58,215 nucleotides of DNA from an uncultured Chitinophagales bacterium. GTDB taxonomy: Bacteria > Bacteroidota > Bacteroidia > Chitinophagales > BACL12. The DNA lies in assembly GCA_964429745.1 (NCBI GenBank), contig CAYSDI010000006.1, positions 1 to 58,215 of the forward strand, written 5' to 3'. Positions within the stretch are counted from its first letter, which is position 1. Each line of letters opens with the position of its first letter. Below, piece by piece: positions 53,290 through 58,215 of the stretch. The translations under genes and the position numbers were made by a program. The notes under the pieces were generated by a model that saw nothing but the letters and a program-made list of their open reading frames with translations, made no database searches and was not told the DNA's origin.

Positions 53290-55866
53290 ATGCCCCCTCA
53301 CTTCGTGCCTTTTGCTTTTCGGTCTTTACCGGTCCTTTTATTATTGGTTAGCAACAGCTTTTTGGTCCTTGCTCAACAGCCTTCCGGCTCCGGAAAAGCA
53401 AGCGCAAACCCCTCAGGGGCCACTTATTCCTCCCGGCCAGCCATTGGTACCCTTACGGGCATTGTGCATGATTCCATCAGTGGACAAGCATTGGAATATG
53501 CCACCGTTGCACTCTACAGCATCAACCCGGACAGCCTGATCGGTGGGGGCATCACCGACCAAAAAGGACGGTTCACGCTCACAGGAGTTGGCCCGGGGCC
53601 GCTTCGCCTGGAAATCAGTTTTCTTGGTTTTGAAATGCGCCGGGTTGGACCCATTGCGATGCGTCCGGATCGGCCGCTGGTGGACATTGGGGTAGTGAAC
53701 CTCTCTGAGGCTGGCGAAACCCTGGAAGCCGTCCAAATCACTGGCGAGCGCTCCTACATGCAGCTCGGCATTGACCGCAAAGTGTACACCATTGAAAAGG
53801 ACATGATTGCGCAATCGGGCGACGCCTTGGATGCCATGCGAAACATCCCCTCGCTGGATATTGGGGTGGAAGGCAACGTGAGCTTGCGCGGGAGCGAGAA
53901 CGTCAACATCCTCATTGACGGCAAGCCCTCCGGGTTAACCGGAAGCAGTCGTGCCGCCATTCTGGAGCAACTTCCCGCGTCATCGATTGAATCCATTGAG
54001 ATCATCACCAACCCTTCTGCGCGCTTTAACCCGGACGGCACGGCCGGCATCATCAACATTGTGATGAAAAAAGACCGCAAACAGGGCATGTCCGGCGGGG
54101 TTTCGGTGGGCGCTGGCACCAACAACAAATACAACGGCTCCACGAATTTTAACTACCGCACGCAAGCCTTCAACCTCTTCGGAAACTATGGCTACCGGTA
54201 CAACAATGCCTTCTCGCAGCGCTCTACGTACCGCGAAACCGATACGGGCGAAGAACTGATCGTGCTCGACCAGGATTTCGACGGCGACGGCCAATCGCAA
54301 TCGCACCTGGCCAAGCTGGGCGCAGACTGGTACGTCAACCCCAAGACCACGCTATCGCTGGGTGGGCTTTTCAGCACCGACAGCCGTGTTTCGGAAGGAT
54401 CCACCTTCTACCGTTTCCTGGAGCCCGCTTCTGGGCTTCTGGAAAGCTTGGATGTGCAGAGCGAAGACGACGAAGAAGATGGCTGGAATACGGACATCGA
54501 CTTCCGTATGGACCACTTGTTTGATGTGCCCGGTCAACAGTTGACCCTGGACGCCCGTTACTCCTACCGCACGGAAACAGAAATGGAATACAACCTGCTC
54601 ACCGACTACCTGCTCAATGGCAGCCCAGTGACCAGCACGCCCTTCGTCCGCGATAACAGCGAGGCTTCGAACAACCAGATTGTTACCGTCCAGACTGATT
54701 ATGTCCATCCGCACATGGTCAATTCCGGAGGAAAAGAAGTGGAAAGCTGGCGACTGGAAACGGGGTTGCAGGTGATTCTGCGCCAGTCCGAAACAGACTA
54801 CCAGTCTTTGATTCAGGATTCGGTTACCGGCGAATTGCTTGTGGATGAAACAGTAAGCAATGTCTTTAGGCTAGAAGAAAGTATTCTCTCGGCCTATGGA
54901 AGTTTTCGCAAGCGCTGGAGCCGCTGGGGTATGCAGGCAGGATTGCGCGTAGAGCAAGCCTTGACCGATCCTCAACTTCTCACCACCGGCGAAGTCTTTG
55001 ACAACGATTATCTCTCGTTTTTCCCCTCGCTTTACATCAGCCGCGATTTGGGCAACGAGCAGGAATTGCAGTGGAATTATTCGCGGCGAATCAACCGGCC
55101 GGATCGCTGGGCGCTCAACCCCTTCATAGATAATTCGGATCCGCAAAACATTCGCATTGGCAATCCAGACCTTCAACCGGAATATGTGCACTCTGTTGAA
55201 ATGAACTTTGCCAAGTCCTGGCCCAGCGGAAATGCCCTGACCAGCTCCTTGTTCTTTCGCCAAACCGACGGGGTAATCCGTAGTTTACGCACCGTAGATT
55301 CTCTGGGTATATCCACTCAGGTTTACAACAACTTTAGTTGGCAGCGCGATTACGGACTGGAACTCATTTCCGTATTAAACATTACGGAGTGGCTGAAAAT
55401 GACTGCAAGCGGATCGGTGTTCCGCGCCAACTTTGAAGCTGGCGCTGCCGCGGAAGGGCTGACCAACACCAACTACAGTTGGAACATCAAGACCAATGCC
55501 AACGTCGACCTTCCCAAAGAATTTTACTTCCAGGCCTCCTTCCGCTACCGCGGTCCCGGCTTGACAGCGCAAGGCACCTTTGTGGCGGTTCCCGAACTGG
55601 ATGCTGCAATTCGCAAAGACTTTCTGGATGGCAAAGCATCGCTTAGTTTGCGGGTCAGCGACATCCTGAACAAACAGCGTTTTGGCTTTACGCTGGAAGA
55701 TACCAACTTCTTCCAGGACAGCTTTTTCAAGCGCGAATCGCGCATTGCCTGGCTGACCTTCAACTACAAGTTCGGCAAGCAAACCTTTGAGCGCAAGCGG
55801 AACGGCGGAGGCCCTGGCGATGGCGGATTTTCTTCGCCGGAAATGGGGTTTTTAGGCGTACCCTAA
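53290..55866 (+). CDS. Outer-membrane beta-barrel family protein (CarboxypepD_reg-like domain, plug-like region, TonB-dependent-receptor-like barrel)
   Basis: Signal peptide, then GTLTGIVHDSISGQALEYATVALYS...KGRFTLTGVGPGPLRLEISFLGFE, a plug-like region (...SIESIEIITNPSARFNPDG), and a long strand-rich barrel ending ...WLTFNYKFG followed by a Gly-rich tail. Confidence 0.8.
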   Translation: MPPHFVPFAFRSLPVLLLLVSNSFLVLAQQPSGSGKASANPSGATYSSRPAIGTLTGIVHDSISGQALEYATVALYSINPDSLIGGGITDQKGRFTLTGVGPGPLRLEISFLGFEMRRVGPIAMRPDRPLVDIGVVNLSEAGETLEAVQITGERSYMQLGIDRKVYTIEKDMIAQSGDALDAMRNIPSLDIGVEGNVSLRGSENVNILIDGKPSGLTGSSRAAILEQLPASSIESIEIITNPSARFNPDGTAGIINIVMKKDRKQGMSGGVSVGAGTNNKYNGSTNFNYRTQAFNLFGNYGYRYNNAFSQRSTYRETDTGEELIVLDQDFDGDGQSQSHLAKLGADWYVNPKTTLSLGGLFSTDSRVSEGSTFYRFLEPASGLLESLDVQSEDDEEDGWNTDIDFRMDHLFDVPGQQLTLDARYSYRTETEMEYNLLTDYLLNGSPVTSTPFVRDNSEASNNQIVTVQTDYVHPHMVNSGGKEVESWRLETGLQVILRQSETDYQSLIQDSVTGELLVDETVSNVFRLEESILSAYGSFRKRWSRWGMQAGLRVEQALTDPQLLTTGEVFDNDYLSFFPSLYISRDLGNEQELQWNYSRRINRPDRWALNPFIDNSDPQNIRIGNPDLQPEYVHSVEMNFAKSWPSGNALTSSLFFRQTDGVIRSLRTVDSLGISTQVYNNFSWQRDYGLELISVLNITEWLKMTASGSVFRANFEAGAAAEGLTNTNYSWNIKTNANVDLPKEFYFQASFRYRGPGLTAQGTFVAVPELDAAIRKDFLDGKASLSLRVSDILNKQRFGFTLEDTNFFQDSFFKRESRIAWLTFNYKFGKQTFERKRNGGGPGDGGFSSPEMGFLGVP

Positions 55867-55868
55867 AG

Positions 55869-56171
55869 TCAGACCTCGCGCATCACCGTCCTAAACGCGA
55901 CAAACTTGTTTCGATACCGTTCGGTATGTTCTTGCTGCAAAGCAGGCGCCTTCTGCTCCTGGTAGATCAGGTAATCCTCCATGGACACTGCCCGGTATTG
56001 GATGGCGTAAGTGACCCCGTCATGCTCGTCCATCTCCAGCAGGCGCATCATGCGGTTGTCCTGAAAGTAGCCTGTGGCTAAGACAGCGGGGATGTGTTCA
56101 TGCTTCATCCATAGCAGCCATTCGTCGTGGATGTCGTGATCCACCTTGATGGTTACGTTGTAGACGATCAT
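55869..56171 (-). CDS. DUF4286 family protein
   Basis: 100-aa ORF MIVYNVTIKVDHDIHDEWLLWMKHEHIPAVLATGYF...YAIQY...FRTVMREV, which fits my recollection of the DUF4286 pattern. Confidence 0.7.
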   Translation of the reverse strand: MIVYNVTIKVDHDIHDEWLLWMKHEHIPAVLATGYFQDNRMMRLLEMDEHDGVTYAIQYRAVSMEDYLIYQEQKAPALQQEHTERYRNKFVAFRTVMREV

Positions 56172-56199
56172 GAATACAAAATAAAGGAAAGTCCAGGAA

Positions 56200-58017
56200 T
56201 CAATTCAGGTTATCGCCGCGAAGCGCGCGGAATCGTTTGCGCGCTTCCACCACAAACACAGAGTCTTTGTGGTCTACCAGAATGAGCTGGTAGTATTCCA
56301 TAGCCTTTTCTTTGTTTCCAAAGCGCTCTTCATAAAGCTCGGCCAGCGTGAACAGCGCATCATCGGCGAGAATATCGTGGCTGAATCCCGCCACCAGCGT
56401 TTCGAGGAGTGAAACTGCCTTGTCCACATCGTTGGTCTTGCGAGCAAGCGTACTGCGCAACCAAAGCACATCGTCCGCAAGGGCATGACCAGGAGTCAGC
56501 GCCTTCATAGAGTCCAGGATTGCATCTGCTTCGCTTAGCCGATTCTGGAACACCAGCAAATCTGCCCGCGAATACTGTTCCATAGGCGCTGAACTGGTAT
56601 CCAGGCCCATATTAGACGAAAGGAAAACGTCCAGGTTCAACGCGTCGTTGGCCACCAATTCGCTGGTGCTGGCTTTAAGCACTTCTAATTGCGCTTTGGC
56701 CCAGGTAAAATCACCCTGGAAGTAAGACAAACGGGCGTTCAGGAAACGGGCCCTTTCGCCCAGAGGTTCGTCTTTCATGGTCTTGTCCACCTGGCTGTAC
56801 AGCAGTGAAGCATCCCATATATCGCCGTCCATAAGGAGGTAATCGCCCAAATCAAGCTTGGCCTCAGCCAACTCTGCAGGGCGCAACCCAGGCCAGGTCA
56901 AGGTTTGTTCCACCCACGCAATGGCTGAATCCATTTGGTGCAGGTACAGGGCGTGGAGGCGAGCGCGGCTGCGCCAGGCCTCCGCAGAGCGCGCATCACG
57001 GCGGCCATAATCGCGCAAAAACTGTTGGTAGTCCGCGCTAAGCCCCCGAATATCCGCTTCAGTATAGTCAAAACCCGCCATGAGCTTTTCCTGGCGGCAT
57101 TCAATGAGCCCGTTGCGTGAGTTGAAATAGTAAATGCCTTCGCGCCCCTTGCTGACCAAGTAGTCGTACGCCTGAATGGCTGCCGTCCAAGCCTTTTCAG
57201 ACTGGGCTAGCTCAGCGAATTCATACACCCGATGGCCGCCTTCCTGGAGCCGGCGATCCTGTGCCCGAACCTGTTGAAAAGCGGCTTCAAAGTCCTTGTT
57301 CTGGATGAAATTCCAAATGAGCAATTCGGTCCATCGCTCGTCGTTGGGCTGCCGTTGAATGCGGGTGTAAACCTGGTTTTGCAGCTCTTCGTATTGGCTT
57401 TGCTCCGTCAGGTTGCGCTGGAGAGACGCCTGAACCGTTGGCATATTGCGTTCATCAGCCTGTAAGTAGTCCAGAAAGGCGCCGATCATAGCCTGCATAT
57501 CGCCTTTGCGGTAATAGAGATTGGCCAACTCGTAGTCGAAAGGCTGCGCCTGACCCTTCAACAGCTTGGTGCCACTCTCCAACGCGCGAATGGCGTAGTC
57601 GTATTCGTCAATAGCCGTAAACGCGTTAGAGAGCTGAACTATCTGACTGCGATCTGCTGCCAATTGCTCCACAGCCCCTTCGAACTGAATTTTTGCCTGG
57701 TCTGCCTGACCCTTTTGGCGGTACATGGCCCCCAAATCCACACGATAGCCCAATTGCAACGGCTGTTTGCGGATCAGTCGGCGCAATTCCTTTTCCAGAT
57801 CGTCGAAAGCCTTGAGCGCCATCTGGCACTCGTAGAAATAGCGGTAAAAGATCTCCGATTCCGGCTGCTGCTCCCTTAGCTCCTGGTACAAGACTACGGC
57901 CTTGGCGAATTCCCCCCTGCGGAGGTACTCCTGCGCGAGCGCCTCTTTTTTGACCTGCGCAGACAACCCCTGTGCGAGTAAAAGCAAAGCGGCAACAACA
58001 ATCAAACGAATTTTCAT
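56200..58017 (-). CDS. Secreted tetratricopeptide-repeat protein
   Basis: Signal peptide MKIRLIVVAALLLLAQGLSAQ (ATG at 58017; the ORF is open to 58041). Helical TPR-like repeats run throughout (A..YY....Y..A pattern). Confidence 0.8.
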   Translation of the reverse strand: MKIRLIVVAALLLLAQGLSAQVKKEALAQEYLRRGEFAKAVVLYQELREQQPESEIFYRYFYECQMALKAFDDLEKELRRLIRKQPLQLGYRVDLGAMYRQKGQADQAKIQFEGAVEQLAADRSQIVQLSNAFTAIDEYDYAIRALESGTKLLKGQAQPFDYELANLYYRKGDMQAMIGAFLDYLQADERNMPTVQASLQRNLTEQSQYEELQNQVYTRIQRQPNDERWTELLIWNFIQNKDFEAAFQQVRAQDRRLQEGGHRVYEFAELAQSEKAWTAAIQAYDYLVSKGREGIYYFNSRNGLIECRQEKLMAGFDYTEADIRGLSADYQQFLRDYGRRDARSAEAWRSRARLHALYLHQMDSAIAWVEQTLTWPGLRPAELAEAKLDLGDYLLMDGDIWDASLLYSQVDKTMKDEPLGERARFLNARLSYFQGDFTWAKAQLEVLKASTSELVANDALNLDVFLSSNMGLDTSSAPMEQYSRADLLVFQNRLSEADAILDSMKALTPGHALADDVLWLRSTLARKTNDVDKAVSLLETLVAGFSHDILADDALFTLAELYEERFGNKEKAMEYYQLILVDHKDSVFVVEARKRFRALRGDNLN

Positions 58018-58070
58018 GGGCAGAAAATGAGAACAGAGCACTGTCGGGGGAAGCGCCTGGCTGCCTACAG

Positions 58071-58215
58071 CAACCTACGAGCTTAACCTCAACAGGTTTG
58101 TTACTTCAAGCAACTTACGGGCCTAACCTGAACAGGTTCGTTACTTCAAGCAACTTACGAGCCTAACCTGAACAGGTTCGTTACTTCAAGCAACTTACGA
58201 GCCTAACCTGAACAG
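58071..58215. repeat. At least 3.6 x 40-bp tandem repeat (CAACTTACGAGCCTAACCTGAACAGGTTCGTTACTTCAAG), truncated by the window edge
   Basis: Units start at 58071, 58111, 58151 and 58191. Unit 1 has 4 mismatches to unit 3, and unit 2 has 1. Each unit contains the inverted repeat AACCTG-AA-CAGGTT. The array starts 53 nt upstream of the TPR gene ATG (minus strand). Confidence 0.95.

Noticed and set aside
58071-58215. Possible CRISPR array at the window edge.
   Set aside because: The whole 40-bp unit repeats head to tail with no unique spacers, and no cas genes are present in the window. It is a plain tandem repeat.
1-58215. Whole-window scan for mobile elements, prophage remnants, defence systems, toxin-antitoxin pairs, rRNA/tRNA genes and large inverted or direct repeats bounding an island.
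   Set aside because: No transposase, integrase, recombinase, nuclease-helicase or phage-structural signatures appear in any frame. No tRNA-like sequence and no flanking repeat pair were seen, and I saw no obvious compositional break apart from short AT-rich promoter stretches.

Overview
This is a 58.2-kb, visibly GC-rich, densely coding chromosomal segment that reads as Bacteroidota. The evidence is the T9SS/gliding genes (porV, porU, a PorP/SprF-like gene, gldJ), TAnnTTTG-type -7 boxes in several intergenic regions, and a MurF-alanine racemase fusion. I call 37 protein-coding genes, one SAM-I-like riboswitch in the metH leader, three terminator-like hairpins, four short tandem-repeat arrays and four candidate promoters.

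I saw no rRNA, tRNA, CRISPR array, transposase, integrase, phage gene or recognisable defence/toxin gene. The window therefore looks like core genome rather than an accessory island.

Gene blocks:
- 61-6332: yicC, an EamA transporter, a 1149-aa Omp85/TolB-like outer-membrane protein and an MBL hydrolase.
- 6374-17247: T9SS/gliding core, made of a mini type-B CTD protein, porV and porU, then divergently a PorP/SprF-like gene, gldJ and murF.
- 17325-28221: an arginase-fold protein, MscS, htpG, AsmA-like, DsbD-like and purQ.
- 28314-36076: two unknown envelope genes, followed by a peptide-type ABC importer (substrate-binding protein plus two atypical permeases, no ATPase).
- 36288-42911: a yfcH-like gene, metH with its riboswitch, metF and birA.
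- 43073-49261: rsfS, ftsH, a LUD-domain gene, an lpxH fusion and prfA.
- 49268-50675: an operon of an unknown gene, DUF2752 and TM2.
- 50756-58017: MurF-like/Alr fusion, an outer-membrane barrel, DUF4286 and a TPR protein.

I cannot point to a clear-cut new system. The most interesting leads are:
- short-period (13-bp and 40-bp) tandem-repeat arrays in the 5' regions of envelope/gliding genes;
- a passenger-less T9SS type-B CTD protein behind porU-porV;
- the unknown secreted/polytopic gene pair attached to an ATPase-less ABC importer with unusual permeases;
- an arginase-fold protein that has lost its metal ligands and carries a G9 tract;
- an LpxH fused in frame to a hydrophobic segment and a propeller-like domain;
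- a SAM-I aptamer with a greatly expanded P4.

All calls come from reading the translated ORFs and the DNA by eye. No database search was run.
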